Assembly (NCBI GenBank): GCA_963664395.2
Contig: OY761159.2
Location: 2,080,001-2,144,000, forward strand
Reading direction: 5' to 3'
DNA from: Candidatus Binatia bacterium
Lineage (GTDB): Bacteria > Desulfobacterota > Binatia > Bin18
DNA: 64,000 nucleotides
Shown here in pieces: positions 19,019 to 29,447 of this stretch. The notes beneath the pieces are model-generated. The model was not told where the DNA came from. It ran no database searches and saw nothing but the letters and a program-made list of their open reading frames with translations. Position 1 is the stretch's first letter. Every line of letters starts with the position of its first letter. A program made the position numbers and the translations under genes.

Positions 19019-19933
19019 ATGACTTCCTCGATTGGCTTTATTGGACTGGGCAGGATGGGCCTGCCTATGGCGCAACACCTGCTTGACGCCGATTTTTCAC
19101 TCACGGTTTTTAATCGAACGGCCTCACGGGCCGACACTTTGCGCCAACACGGAGCGCGGTGGGCCAATTCTCCCCGCGAGCTGGCCGAGCAATCCGACAT
19201 TGTGATCAGCATTATTGCTGATGATGCCGCGCTGCGGGCTATTGCGCTGGGTGAGGACGGCATTCTGGCCGGCCTCAAGCCGGACGGTATTCACGTTGAT
19301 ATGAGTACCGTCTCACCCGATATCACCAAAGAACTGACGCCGCGCTATCACGACCGGGGGACGCATTTTGTGGCCGCTCCGGTCTTCGGTCGTCCGGAGG
19401 CCGCGGCTGCGGCAAAACTGTGGATTTGTCCGGCTGGCTCAGCCGCGGCCATTGCCCGCTGCCGACCTGCGTTTGAGGCCATGGGTCAAGGGGTCATCGT
19501 AGTGGGTGAAGAACCCCACCTCGCCAACGTGCTCAAGCTGGTGGGCAACTTCTTTGTTATTGCCGCCATCGAAACCTTGGGCGAGGCGTTTACCCTGGCC
19601 GAAAAAGGCGGCTTACAAAATGAGACCGTTCTGGAGTTGCTCCGGGCGCTGCTGCCGGTCCCTCTGTTTCAAGGCTATGGCGACCGGATCGCAAAGCAGA
19701 AGTTTTCTCCGGCCGGCTTTGCGCTGGCGCTTGGCCTGAAAGATGTCGGGCTGATGCAAAAGCTGGCCAAAGATGTTTTTGCGCCTTTACCGCTGGCCGA
19801 CCTGGCTGACAATCATTTGCGGGCCGCCTTTGCCAGAGGACGGGGCGACCTCGACTGGGGCGCTCTGGCGACCGTTATTCGAGAGATGGCCGGACTCCCG
19901 TCCGGAGCTGCAAGTAGCCCGTGCACGAAATAG
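19019..19933 (+). CDS. NAD(P)-dependent beta-hydroxyacid dehydrogenase (3-hydroxyisobutyrate dehydrogenase family)
   Basis: GFIGLGRMG, DMSTVSP, APVFG, KLVGN, KD. Confidence 0.9.
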   Translation: MTSSIGFIGLGRMGLPMAQHLLDADFSLTVFNRTASRADTLRQHGARWANSPRELAEQSDIVISIIADDAALRAIALGEDGILAGLKPDGIHVDMSTVSPDITKELTPRYHDRGTHFVAAPVFGRPEAAAAAKLWICPAGSAAAIARCRPAFEAMGQGVIVVGEEPHLANVLKLVGNFFVIAAIETLGEAFTLAEKGGLQNETVLELLRALLPVPLFQGYGDRIAKQKFSPAGFALALGLKDVGLMQKLAKDVFAPLPLADLADNHLRAAFARGRGDLDWGALATVIREMAGLPSGAASSPCTK

Positions 19934-19982
19934 GCGCACTGCAAGCACCCAGACAAGAGAGCGCTTGCTTGTACCTGCCTTC

Positions 19983-20035
19983 AAAGAGTAAACGTGTCCT
20001 TCAGTCGTACAAAGCTGTTGACACGTTTACTCTTT
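19983..20035. repeat. About 53-bp palindromic element (GAGTAAACG family), copy 3, upstream of hpnL
   Basis: Perfect 16-bp IR AAAGAGTAAACGTGTC / GACACGTTTACTCTTT. Confidence 0.85.
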
Positions 20036-20069
20036 CTCCCCGTCCGCTGTTCAGCAGAGAAATGCACGC

Positions 20070-21092
20070 ATGACAGCGGATCAGAAAAAGAGCCGGGCCC
20101 TGAAGATTGGTGCAGCTCTACTTGGACTTGGCCTGCTTGGGTTTCTCTTTTGGAAGATCGGCATTGCTGAGGTCGGGCAGCACCTGTACCACATTGGCTG
20201 GCTCGCCCCCCTGGTCCTCATCCCCCAGAGCCTTGTTGCGCTGTTTGATGCCAGGGGCTGGGGCTGTACCATGGTTGGCTCGGCGTCCGCCAGGCAGCTC
20301 TCCATTATTCAGCTCTCGTTCACCCGACTGGCCGGCGAGGCCATTAACAATCTGACGCCAACCGCGAATATGGGGGGCGAGGCAGTCAAGGTCTACCTCC
20401 TGCGACAATACGGCGTAACCTCCGATGTTGGTGCGGCGTCGGTTGTTGCTGCCAAGACCGCCCTCACCGTCTCCCAAGTCGCCTTTATTGTGATTGGCTT
20501 ACCGTTCTTCCTGTATCGCCTGGATATCGGCTACCATGCGTGGTGGATATTCAGCGCCGTTTTTGTCCTCGCGTACGGATTTGTGATGATCCTCGTTCGC
20601 TGGCAGCGGCGGGGAATCGTCGAAAAATTCGTCGGTTGGCTCCAGCGGCGCTTTCCTCGCTGGAGCCGCTTGGCGCACTGGCAGGAACGGGCCAAACAAA
20701 TTGATGTACATCTCTTTCATTTGTACGACGGAGACGCCAAGGATTTCATTGCCGCCAGCCTGTATCACTTTCTGGGGTGGGCGGTTGGGGCGGTAGAAGT
20801 CTATGTTTTTTTTACCTTAATCGGCACCCAAGCCAGTTGGATGGACGCCCTCATCATTGAAACCATGATTCAACCCATTACGGCCGCGGCGTTGATAATC
20901 CCCGGCGCGTTGGGGGTGCGTGAAGCGGGCGGGGTATTCCTGTGCCGTCTGCTTGGTATTGGGGAGGGCGCCGGCCTGACGCTCATGATCCTCAAGCGGG
21001 CGCGAGAGGCCGTCTACAACCTGATCGGATTGATCATCCTGGCCCGAGCCGGGTATTCCTTCTTTCCGGACAATGAACAATCCTCCGGCTAG
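20070..21092 (+). CDS. hpnL: Lysylphosphatidylglycerol synthase TM/flippase-like protein (HpnL-like)
   Basis: GEAINNLTP.A.MGGE..K and IPGALGVRE motifs, multi-TM, close to hpnJ/I/K. Confidence 0.75.
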   Translation: MTADQKKSRALKIGAALLGLGLLGFLFWKIGIAEVGQHLYHIGWLAPLVLIPQSLVALFDARGWGCTMVGSASARQLSIIQLSFTRLAGEAINNLTPTANMGGEAVKVYLLRQYGVTSDVGAASVVAAKTALTVSQVAFIVIGLPFFLYRLDIGYHAWWIFSAVFVLAYGFVMILVRWQRRGIVEKFVGWLQRRFPRWSRLAHWQERAKQIDVHLFHLYDGDAKDFIAASLYHFLGWAVGAVEVYVFFTLIGTQASWMDALIIETMIQPITAAALIIPGALGVREAGGVFLCRLLGIGEGAGLTLMILKRAREAVYNLIGLIILARAGYSFFPDNEQSSG

Positions 21093-23704
21093 AATTCGAA
21101 CCCGGCCCGCAGATAGTAGAATCCGCCGTTGAAACCGGAGGGTGAGGAGTGGGGGTATTTTGCACCAAGAATCCGCGCGTGTGGATTTCTGGCCGGATAT
21201 TGATCGAACAGGTTTTCCGCACCAAAGGCCACGGTTGCCGACTCCATGACCGGCAGGTTCATAAACGTGTACGACAGTTCCGCGTCCACGAGCCAGCGTT
21301 CGCCGGCGTCGATCGGCATGGTCGGGTTTCCATTCGCATCAGCGTCGGTGATATGCGCTTCAAAAAAGCTGTCGTAGAAATGCAGCCGGGTCAGGAAGCG
21401 CCACGGTCCGTAGCGGTGATCGGCCGTCAGTGAGAAACGGAATTCGGGCAGGTTTTCTTCGAGTTGGAGTACGCGCGTATTATTGATGATTTCAGGATTG
21501 CGGCTATCGACCTTGGTGTCGTTCCAGTTCCCGACTAAGGTAAACAAGGTCTCACCAGCAACCGTCTCCAGCGGGTAGGTCGCCACCATATCGACCCCTT
21601 GGGTGGTCGTGTCGAAGGCGTTGGTGAAGAACCGCGCCTTTGAGCCAGGCACGGCTGAAACCCCCCGGGCCAGGAGTATTGCGGTATCACTGGCAGTCAA
21701 GGGGAGAGAACTGCTCTGCGCGACGCGATCCTGCACCTTGATGCGGTAATAGTCGACGGTGACGTTAAGGTTGCCCAGGCTGAACACCGTGCCCACGGAA
21801 TAGTTGACCGATTTTTCCGGCTCCAGCCCTTTGCCACCCTTCAGAACCGAGATCGGGTGGTCCGGGGGCAACGTGGCTTCATCTACCAGTCTTCCTTCGG
21901 CGAAATTCGTCGACACGACCTCGAGGTTGGCCTGTCCCACGGTCGGGGCGCGAAACCCCGAGCTGACCGAGCCGCGCAGGGCCACAGCTTCCAATAGCTG
22001 CCAACGCGCGGACGCCTTGCCGTTCAGCGTATCGCCGACTTTTTCGTGATCCTCATACCGCCCGGCGAGGCCGATGGTCAGGTTTTTGATTACTTCGGCT
22101 TCCAGGTCCAGGTAGCCGGCATAACTGCCCCGGTTGAACGTTCCCGCCGTATCCGCCCTGAAGCCCTGAAAGCCATTGGAACCGATGCCGAAGCCCTGTC
22201 GCGCGAGGCCGTTGGGGCTATCGTCTATAGACCAGGAGTTCTTGCCCCCGGCTTTGATCTCAAACTCTTCCTCGCGGTATTCCAGCCCAAAGGCGAAGTT
22301 CAGCGCCGAGTAGAATAACCCCACATCGAACGGTCGGGAAATATCCACGTTAAACACCTTGTCGAACTCCCGGTAGCCGCCCGGTTTGTACGAGGTCGGA
22401 ATCGCGGTTCGCAGGCGGGCGAGCTGGGGATTGATGGTGTTATGCATGAAAAAGTCCACGCTGTTATGGCCAAAGCTGGCACTGGCGTCATAATACCAGC
22501 CATTGAGCAGCGCGTAGGCGCTCTCGACCTCTCCGCGCAGCCCAAAGGCGATGCTCCAGTCCTGCACATAGCCACCGAAACGCGGTGTGAACCCGCCCGG
22601 AAAACGCTCGTTAAAGGCGAAGCAGTGGGCAGGCAAGCCCGCCAATGCCGTGGCGTAGTCGGCCGCCGGGTTCTTTGCAATTGGAGGACAGCCACGACGG
22701 GCGTCCGACAGATCGGCGACCAAGAGATTCTCGCCGCCATCGAAGATCCCGCCGCGGGTGTTGGGGTTACGGAAGAAGAAGCCGCCCTCGACCTTGCGCT
22801 CCGCATAGTTGCCGAACGCATACAGCCGGCTGTTGAGGTCCTCCAGGTCGAGGCCCAGGTTGCCGAAGAATTTATAGTCGTACCGCACTTCCGGCGCACC
22901 CCAGATCTGCGCCGCCGGCTGCCGGACCTCCGTATTGCCCGCTTCAATTAAGCCCCGGGCGTCACCGCGCTGTACGCTGCGACTGGTCTCGTCCGCATTG
23001 GTGAACTCAAAGCTAAAGTTGGCAAAGCCGTTGTCGGTCAGCGGCAGGCCGAGATTAGCGGCCACATTCACCTTGTCCCCGTCGCCGTGGTAGTTCTGCC
23101 CGTAGCTCGTCTGGACCCTCAGGCCCTCCCGGTCTTCGCGCAGCTTGAAATTCAAGATACCGGCGATGGCGTCCGAGCCGTACTGGGCCGCCGCTCCGTC
23201 GCGCAGCACTTCGATGCGGTCGAGCGCGATGGCTGGGATGACAGAAATGTCGGGCCCATGGGAGCCGTCCGAAATGCCAAACCCCCCAAAAAGATGGACA
23301 ACCGAGGCACGATGCCAGCGTTTGCCGTTGACCAGGACCAGGGTGGAGTCGGGCGGCAGCCCGCGCAGGTTGGCCGGCCGAACGAGGGTCGAGGCGTCGC
23401 TGATGGGCTGCCGGTTGACGTTATAGGACGGCACGGTCGCGGACAGCAGCGAGTCCATGTCTCGGATGCCGTAGGTCTGCAAGTCTGCTCCCTGAATGAT
23501 ATCTACCGGCACCAGCGAATCCTGGGCCGAGCGCCCCTGAAGACGCGAGCCCAGCACCGGGAGGGCTTCTAAGACGTAGACCTCGTCTGGTCGCTCGGCG
23601 ACCGGTTGGGCTTCACCGGCGGCCATGTCCTGCGGCTCGGCGGCTTGCGCCGGCGTGGCTCCCAAGCAGATGCCCAGAACGATCAGCAGACCGTAGGTCC
23701 TCAT
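21089..23704 (-). CDS. TonB-dependent receptor
   Basis: Signal peptide, plug (LVLVNGKR, IEVLRDGAAAQYGSDAIAG), C-terminal GFEF. Confidence 0.92.
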   Translation of the reverse strand: MRTYGLLIVLGICLGATPAQAAEPQDMAAGEAQPVAERPDEVYVLEALPVLGSRLQGRSAQDSLVPVDIIQGADLQTYGIRDMDSLLSATVPSYNVNRQPISDASTLVRPANLRGLPPDSTLVLVNGKRWHRASVVHLFGGFGISDGSHGPDISVIPAIALDRIEVLRDGAAAQYGSDAIAGILNFKLREDREGLRVQTSYGQNYHGDGDKVNVAANLGLPLTDNGFANFSFEFTNADETSRSVQRGDARGLIEAGNTEVRQPAAQIWGAPEVRYDYKFFGNLGLDLEDLNSRLYAFGNYAERKVEGGFFFRNPNTRGGIFDGGENLLVADLSDARRGCPPIAKNPAADYATALAGLPAHCFAFNERFPGGFTPRFGGYVQDWSIAFGLRGEVESAYALLNGWYYDASASFGHNSVDFFMHNTINPQLARLRTAIPTSYKPGGYREFDKVFNVDISRPFDVGLFYSALNFAFGLEYREEEFEIKAGGKNSWSIDDSPNGLARQGFGIGSNGFQGFRADTAGTFNRGSYAGYLDLEAEVIKNLTIGLAGRYEDHEKVGDTLNGKASARWQLLEAVALRGSVSSGFRAPTVGQANLEVVSTNFAEGRLVDEATLPPDHPISVLKGGKGLEPEKSVNYSVGTVFSLGNLNVTVDYYRIKVQDRVAQSSSLPLTASDTAILLARGVSAVPGSKARFFTNAFDTTTQGVDMVATYPLETVAGETLFTLVGNWNDTKVDSRNPEIINNTRVLQLEENLPEFRFSLTADHRYGPWRFLTRLHFYDSFFEAHITDADANGNPTMPIDAGERWLVDAELSYTFMNLPVMESATVAFGAENLFDQYPARNPHARILGAKYPHSSPSGFNGGFYYLRAGFEF

Positions 23705-23753
23705 GCTCGATTTCTCTATCACTTCTCTTTCTTATGGGGCGACAGGAATCAAA

Positions 23754-23791
23754 CAAAAAGAGGGATGGGTTCACACCCATCCCTCTTTTTG
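23754..23791. terminator. Rho-independent terminator between the two TBDR genes
   Basis: CAAAAAGAGGGATGGGT-TCAC-ACCCATCCCTCTTTTTG, with T-tracts on both strands. Confidence 0.8.
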
Positions 23792-23814
23792 CAACCATGT
23801 TTATCAGACTGTGC

Positions 23815-26454
23815 TTAGAACTCGAAGCCGGCGCGCAGGTAGTAGAAACCGCCGTTGAAGCCGTACGGTGAGGTTTCCGGGTATTTCAGACCGGCATCAG
23901 ACGCTTTCGGGTTTCTGCGCGGATATTGGTCGAACAGGTTTTCCGCGCCGAATGCGAAAGTTGCCGCCTCCATGAACGGCAGGTTCAGGAAGGTGTACGA
24001 GAGTTCCATATCTACCAGAAGGCGCTCGCCGGCATTAAGGCCGAAACTGCCATCGGTCGGGTAGTCGCGGAAGTCGTCGTAGTAGTACAGCCGGGACAGG
24101 AAGCGCCACGGCCCCCAGTTGTGATCGGCCGTCAGCGAGAAGCGGAACTGTGGCAGGCCCTCTTCGATTTGCCGTACAAGCTTATCACTGATGAACTCCG
24201 GGGTACGGCTGTCCACCTCGGTCTGGTTCCAGTTCCCGACCAGCGTGAATTGGGTGAAGCCGGCAACCGATCGCAGCGGATAGGTCGCCACGACGTCGAC
24301 ACCCTGGGTGGTGGTGTCGAAATCGTTGGTATAGAAGCGGAGCACCGAGATCTGATTCGGCCCAACTACCGCGTCGAATTCCGCCCGGGTAATGCCCCTA
24401 TTGGCGAGTTCTTCCGCAACATTAAATCGGCTGCTACGGACGATGCGATCCTGCATCTTGATACGGTAGTAGTCGACGGTGACATCGACATCGGCCACGT
24501 TGAAGACAATGCCCGCCGAGTAGTTGACGGATTTTTCTGGAGTCAAATCGCTGGCGCCGAAGAAGGCCGAAGCGGGATGGTAGCCAGGAAAGGTTGCGTC
24601 GTCTATCAACATGCCGTCTTGAAACGAAGTGGTGATTTTGTTCACGTTGGCCTGACCGGGCGTCGGAGCGCGGAAACCAGAGCTGATCGCACCGCGCATG
24701 GCAAGCATCTCCAGCATCTGCCACCTGGCCGACACCTTACCGTTGACGGACTCGCCGATCGGCGCGTCAAAGTTTTCGTACCGCCCGGCCACGCCGATGG
24801 TGACAGATCTAATCACCTCGGCTTCCAGGTCCATGTACAGGGCGTAGTTGTTCCGTTGGTAGTCGCCGACAATGCTGGGTCCGAATCCGGTAAACCCGTT
24901 CGAGCCGACACCGAGCCCCTGAGGTCCGAATCTGTCAAAATCGGAAGACCAGGAGTTTTCGTCCCCGAGTTTCACCTCGTACTCTTCGATGTGGTACTCG
25001 AACCCGAACGCCATGTTCAGGTCGGAGTAGAAGATACCGACATCAAACGGTTTGGAAATATCCAGGTTAAACGTCTTCTCAGACTGGGAGACGCCGCCGG
25101 GCCGGTACTCAGTTGGGATGCCGGTCCGCATATCGGCCAACTGCGGGTTGATGGTGTTGAGCATGAAGTAGTCAACGCTGTTCTCGCCGAAGTACGCGCT
25201 CACGTCGTAGTGCCAGCCGTTGAGCAGCGAGTAGCCGCTCTCCAGGTTTCCGGTCAGGCCGAAGGCGATGCTCCAGTCCTGCACGTAGCCGCCGAAGCGC
25301 GGCGTGAACCCGCCGGGAAACCGATCAATGAACGAAAAGCAGTCCGGGCCGTTCCCGGAGACTTCCCCAAACTGGGGAACGTTGCCTCGGATGGGAATGT
25401 CACGGCAGCCGCCGGACCTGCCGTCGCGCGACAGGTCAATCACCTTGACGGATGGCGTGCCATCCTCAAGAGGGTCACCCTTGAACACACCGCTACGGGT
25501 GTGGGGATTCCGAAAGTAGAAGCCGCCTTCCACCTTGCGCTCGGCATAGTTGCCGAAGGCGTATAGCCGGGCGTTGATATCCTCCAAGTCGAGGCCCAGG
25601 TTGCCGAAGAATTTATAGTCGTACTGCACCTCGGGCGCGCCCCAGATCTGGGCCGCGGGCCGTCGTACGTCGGTATTGCCGGCCTCAATCAAGCCTCGTG
25701 CGTCGCGGCGCTGCACGCTGCGGCTGGTTTCGTCCGCGTTCATGAACTCGAAGCTGAAGTTGGCAAAGCCATTCTCGGCCAGCGGCAGGCCGAGATTGGC
25801 GGCGACTTTCACCTTATCGCCGTCCCCGTGGTAGTTCTGGCCGTAGCTCGTCTGCACCGACAGGCCCTCGGTGTCTTCCCTCAGCTTGAAGTTCATCACG
25901 CCGGCAATGGCGTCCGAGCCGTACTGGGCGGCGGCCCCGTCGCGCAGTACTTCAATCTGCTGCAGGGCGATGGACGGGATGGTAGAAATGTCGGCCCCCT
26001 GTGACCCCCTGGAATTAGGGGCACCCAGGAAATTGATCACCGACCCACGGTGGCGGCGTTTGCCGTTCACCAGCACCAAGGTGGAGTCCGGCGGCAGACC
26101 GCGCAGCGTGGCCGGCCGGGAGAAGGTGGCCTCGTCGCTGATGGGCTCCTGACTGACGTTGTAGGACGGCACGGATGCGGACAGGAGCGAGTTCATGTCC
26201 CGGATGCCATACGTCTGCAAGTCTTCCCCCTGAATGACGTCCACCGGCACCACGGAATCCTGGGCCGAGCGGCCCTGCACCCGGGAGCCGATCACCCTGA
26301 GTTCTCCGAGTTCCAGGACTTGCTCTTGCGGCTGCGCGTCTTGCGCTCCGACCGGCTCTTGCGGCTCAGCGTCTTGCGCGCCGACCGCAGATGCTCCCGT
26401 CAAGGCTAGTAAACCCACCAGAAGAAAAGATTGCCAACCCTTCGGCTTATTCAT
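23815..26454 (-). CDS. TonB-dependent receptor (paralogue of 21089-23704)
   Basis: Same plug motifs and identical C-terminus GFNGGFYYLRAGFEF. RBS AGGAGG. Confidence 0.93.
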   Translation of the reverse strand: MNKPKGWQSFLLVGLLALTGASAVGAQDAEPQEPVGAQDAQPQEQVLELGELRVIGSRVQGRSAQDSVVPVDVIQGEDLQTYGIRDMNSLLSASVPSYNVSQEPISDEATFSRPATLRGLPPDSTLVLVNGKRRHRGSVINFLGAPNSRGSQGADISTIPSIALQQIEVLRDGAAAQYGSDAIAGVMNFKLREDTEGLSVQTSYGQNYHGDGDKVKVAANLGLPLAENGFANFSFEFMNADETSRSVQRRDARGLIEAGNTDVRRPAAQIWGAPEVQYDYKFFGNLGLDLEDINARLYAFGNYAERKVEGGFYFRNPHTRSGVFKGDPLEDGTPSVKVIDLSRDGRSGGCRDIPIRGNVPQFGEVSGNGPDCFSFIDRFPGGFTPRFGGYVQDWSIAFGLTGNLESGYSLLNGWHYDVSAYFGENSVDYFMLNTINPQLADMRTGIPTEYRPGGVSQSEKTFNLDISKPFDVGIFYSDLNMAFGFEYHIEEYEVKLGDENSWSSDFDRFGPQGLGVGSNGFTGFGPSIVGDYQRNNYALYMDLEAEVIRSVTIGVAGRYENFDAPIGESVNGKVSARWQMLEMLAMRGAISSGFRAPTPGQANVNKITTSFQDGMLIDDATFPGYHPASAFFGASDLTPEKSVNYSAGIVFNVADVDVTVDYYRIKMQDRIVRSSRFNVAEELANRGITRAEFDAVVGPNQISVLRFYTNDFDTTTQGVDVVATYPLRSVAGFTQFTLVGNWNQTEVDSRTPEFISDKLVRQIEEGLPQFRFSLTADHNWGPWRFLSRLYYYDDFRDYPTDGSFGLNAGERLLVDMELSYTFLNLPFMEAATFAFGAENLFDQYPRRNPKASDAGLKYPETSPYGFNGGFYYLRAGFEF
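26322..26386. repeat. 33-bp in-frame tandem duplication at the TBDR N-terminus
   Basis: Encodes VGAQDAEPQEP / VGAQDAQPQEQ. Confidence 0.85.
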
Positions 26455-26787
26455 ACAAAACCCCTCCTATTCGGGGTAACATTCCTACTAGCCTTTAAGG
26501 TATAAAAAAAACAAGGCGCTTACGATAGTGTCTCAGTTTGAGAATTGCTACCCAGTAAAGAAACAGCTTATGCGCTATCCCTACTCATGCATCCAGAATG
26601 TATATATTCTATATCTTGATATATACAAGTCGTGTGGCGTCTGTCCCTCCCCACTCCGCCATTCAGAGTGAGGCAGTATTTGAAACACTACTCGCTTTCC
26701 TTCTTTATTCGCATGTGTATAATACCATCCCCTTGGGGGAGGTGCTCACGCTCATAACATGCCGCGGCAGGGAAGGAGAGAAGCACG

Positions 26788-28230
26788 ATGCGTACATTGT
26801 TTTTAAATCCGCCTGCATATGAAAACTTTGACGGTGGAGCGGGTTCACGCTATCAGGCGACTCGTGAGGTCTGGTCGTTCTGGTATCCAACCTGGCTGTG
26901 TTATCCGGCCGGCATGATCGAGAATAGTCGCGTTCTGGATGCTCCGCCCGAAGGATTAAACCAGGCGCAGACCGTTGAGATCGCCAAAGAGTACGACCTT
27001 ATTGTGTTGCACACCAGTACGCCGTCGGTGAAGCTGGACGCGCGTACCGCGGAGCTGATCAAAGAAAAAAATCCGGATTGCCACATCGCGTTTGTAGGCG
27101 GCCAGGCCACGGCTGAGCCGGAGCAGACCTTACAAATCTCTGAAGCCATCGATATTGCCGCTCGGAGAGAGTTTGACTACTCGATGAAAGAGGTCGCCGA
27201 GGGACGGGACTGGAAAGACATCTGCGGCATCAGCTACCGCAAGGATGGACACATCCATCACACCCTTGAACGTCCCGCGCTTACCAATGCAGAGCTCGAC
27301 CAACTGCCCTTTGTCACCCAGATTTATAACCGCGATTTGGACTTCCGTAAGTATAACAGTCCGTATTGCCAGTACCCGTATGTGTCGTTGTATACCGGAC
27401 GGGGGTGTCCTGCGCGCTGTACGTTTTGTTTATGGCCGCAGGTGACCACCGGCCATTCCTACCGCACCCGCTCGGTTGGCAATGTCATTGAGGAAGTGCA
27501 GGAAATGAAGCGTCTCTTTCCCGGCATGAAAGAGGTCTTTTTTGATGATGATACGTTTACGGCCGACCCGAAACGGGCGCGTGAAATCGCAAAAAAAATG
27601 GGCGCCCTCGGCCTGTGCTGGTCTACCAACGCGCGCGGGAATGTTGATTACGAGACCCTCAAGGTGCTGAAAGATGGCGGGCTGCGGCTGTTTGTGGTCG
27701 GTTATGAGTCCGGGAATGCCGCCATTCTCAAGAATATCAAGAAAGGCGTAGCCCTCGAAACCTCGCGGCGTTTTACTCAGGACTGCCACACGCTCGGCAT
27801 CTTGATCCACGGCACCTTTATCCTGGGCTTACCGGGAGAAACCCGTGAGACCATGCAGGAGACCATGCGTTTCGCCCGGGAGATGAATCCGGAAACCATT
27901 CAGGTCTCTTTGGCTTCACCCTATCCTGGCACCGCCTTTTACGATTTTGCCCTCGACCACGGCTACATCAAAGCCGGCGATCTGGTGGGCGAGTCGGGCT
28001 ATCAGAAATGCGTGATTAACTATCCGAACCTGTCTGGGGAGGAAATTTTTGAAACGGTTGAGAAATTTTACCGTTCGTATTACCTCCGCCCACGCTACAT
28101 TTTCAAAGCCGTGAAAAAGATGGCGCGGGACCCGGAAGAGCGGAAACGGATGTGGCAGGAAGGCAAGGATTTTTTCCGCTCCATGCGGAAACGGCGGGAG
28201 ATGAATATCGCCTCTTCCCCGGCTGCCTAA
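26788..28230 (+). CDS. hpnJ: Hopanoid biosynthesis-associated radical SAM protein HpnJ
   Basis: MRTLFLNPP..FDGGAGSRYQA, RGCPARCTFCLWPQ, FDDDTF, GYESG. Confidence 0.93.
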   Translation: MRTLFLNPPAYENFDGGAGSRYQATREVWSFWYPTWLCYPAGMIENSRVLDAPPEGLNQAQTVEIAKEYDLIVLHTSTPSVKLDARTAELIKEKNPDCHIAFVGGQATAEPEQTLQISEAIDIAARREFDYSMKEVAEGRDWKDICGISYRKDGHIHHTLERPALTNAELDQLPFVTQIYNRDLDFRKYNSPYCQYPYVSLYTGRGCPARCTFCLWPQVTTGHSYRTRSVGNVIEEVQEMKRLFPGMKEVFFDDDTFTADPKRAREIAKKMGALGLCWSTNARGNVDYETLKVLKDGGLRLFVVGYESGNAAILKNIKKGVALETSRRFTQDCHTLGILIHGTFILGLPGETRETMQETMRFAREMNPETIQVSLASPYPGTAFYDFALDHGYIKAGDLVGESGYQKCVINYPNLSGEEIFETVEKFYRSYYLRPRYIFKAVKKMARDPEERKRMWQEGKDFFRSMRKRREMNIASSPAA

Positions 28231-28271
28231 TGCGCCTCCTCCCTCTCGGGAGGAGGCCGTGTCTGTACTCA

Positions 28272-29435
28272 ATGTCCCTTATCATATTCTGGCTCCTATG
28301 CGGCCTCCTGTGTATTGCCCTGCTCTATTACTTTTTTAGTGTGTACGCGGCTTGGCGTTTTTTTCGCCCGAGGAGGGGCAGCCGGCCGGTTGCCCCTCCA
28401 TATCTCACCACCCTTCCCCCAGTCACTATTCTCAAGCCGCTCAAAGGCGCACCGTCCGACCTGTACGACAGCCTGGTAAGTTTTTGTCGACTCGATTATC
28501 CAACCTTTCAGATCATGTGTGGCGTACGTGACCCCAATGACCCGGCGATTGCCATAGTCACGAAAGTGCAGCACGACTTTCCCCGGTGCGATATTGCGCT
28601 GGTTGTTGAACCCCAGGTGATCGGGACCAATTACAAGGTCAGCAGCCTGCATCATCTGACGCCGCAGATGAAGTATGACTATCTCGTCATTACCGACAGT
28701 GATGTTTGTGTTGAGCCGAATTACTTGCAGACGATTATCCCCCCCTTAACGAGTCCTGAAACGGGCTTGGTCACGTGTGTGTATCGCGGCGGCTCCGCGC
28801 AACCACTGCCGGCCCTGCTGGAATCGCTCATGATCAACACGGTTTTTACCCCCCAAGTCGTAGTCGCCAGCCAAGTCGAACAGCCGTCGTATGCCTTTGG
28901 GGCAACCATGGCGCTCAAACGCACCTGCCTCGAAGCTATTGGGGGATTTGCACGGCTGTCTGATTATCTGGCGGATGATTATTATCTTGGGTATCTCATT
29001 GCCCAGGCTGGGTATCAGATTCGAGTCCTCCCCACCGTTGTTGAGACCCGTCCCGATGCGGGATCGCTGAGCGACTTGTTTCACCATCAGTTACGCTGGG
29101 CGCGGACGCAACGCAACTGCCGTCCCAGCGGGTATATCAGCACATGTGTGACGTTTGGCACTGTCTGGGCATATGTGGGCCTGCTCTGTTTTTGGTCGTC
29201 TGTAGAGATGACTATTCTCGCCCTCAGCGTCATTGGGGTACGTCTCCTGACGGCAGCCCTTACGAGCACGGCCTTTCTGCAATCGACCCTGCCGCTCCCT
29301 GCCATTCTGCTGACCCCACTCACAGACCTCCTCTCTTTTGTGATCTGGTGTGTCAGCTTGCAGGGCGACACCGTCCAATGGCGCGAGTATACCTTTCGGG
29401 TCCACAAGGATGGTCGAATGGTCCGCGTCAGTTAA
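28272..29435 (+). CDS. hpnI: Bacteriohopanetetrol glucosamine glycosyltransferase HpnI (GT2/ceramide glucosyltransferase-like)
   Basis: PVTILKPLKG, NYKVSSL, DSD, LADDYYLG, HQLRWART. Alternative start at 28230. Confidence 0.88.
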   Translation: MSLIIFWLLCGLLCIALLYYFFSVYAAWRFFRPRRGSRPVAPPYLTTLPPVTILKPLKGAPSDLYDSLVSFCRLDYPTFQIMCGVRDPNDPAIAIVTKVQHDFPRCDIALVVEPQVIGTNYKVSSLHHLTPQMKYDYLVITDSDVCVEPNYLQTIIPPLTSPETGLVTCVYRGGSAQPLPALLESLMINTVFTPQVVVASQVEQPSYAFGATMALKRTCLEAIGGFARLSDYLADDYYLGYLIAQAGYQIRVLPTVVETRPDAGSLSDLFHHQLRWARTQRNCRPSGYISTCVTFGTVWAYVGLLCFWSSVEMTILALSVIGVRLLTAALTSTAFLQSTLPLPAILLTPLTDLLSFVIWCVSLQGDTVQWREYTFRVHKDGRMVRVS

Positions 29436-29447
29436 CCGCCAGTTCCT

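Noticed and set aside
23926-25566. 546-aa plus-strand ORF
   Set aside because: Antisense shadow of the high-GC3 TBDR gene, with no family motifs.
26455-26787. Cobalamin or TPP riboswitch upstream of the TBDR pair
   Set aside because: No B12-box or TPP core found on the minus strand.
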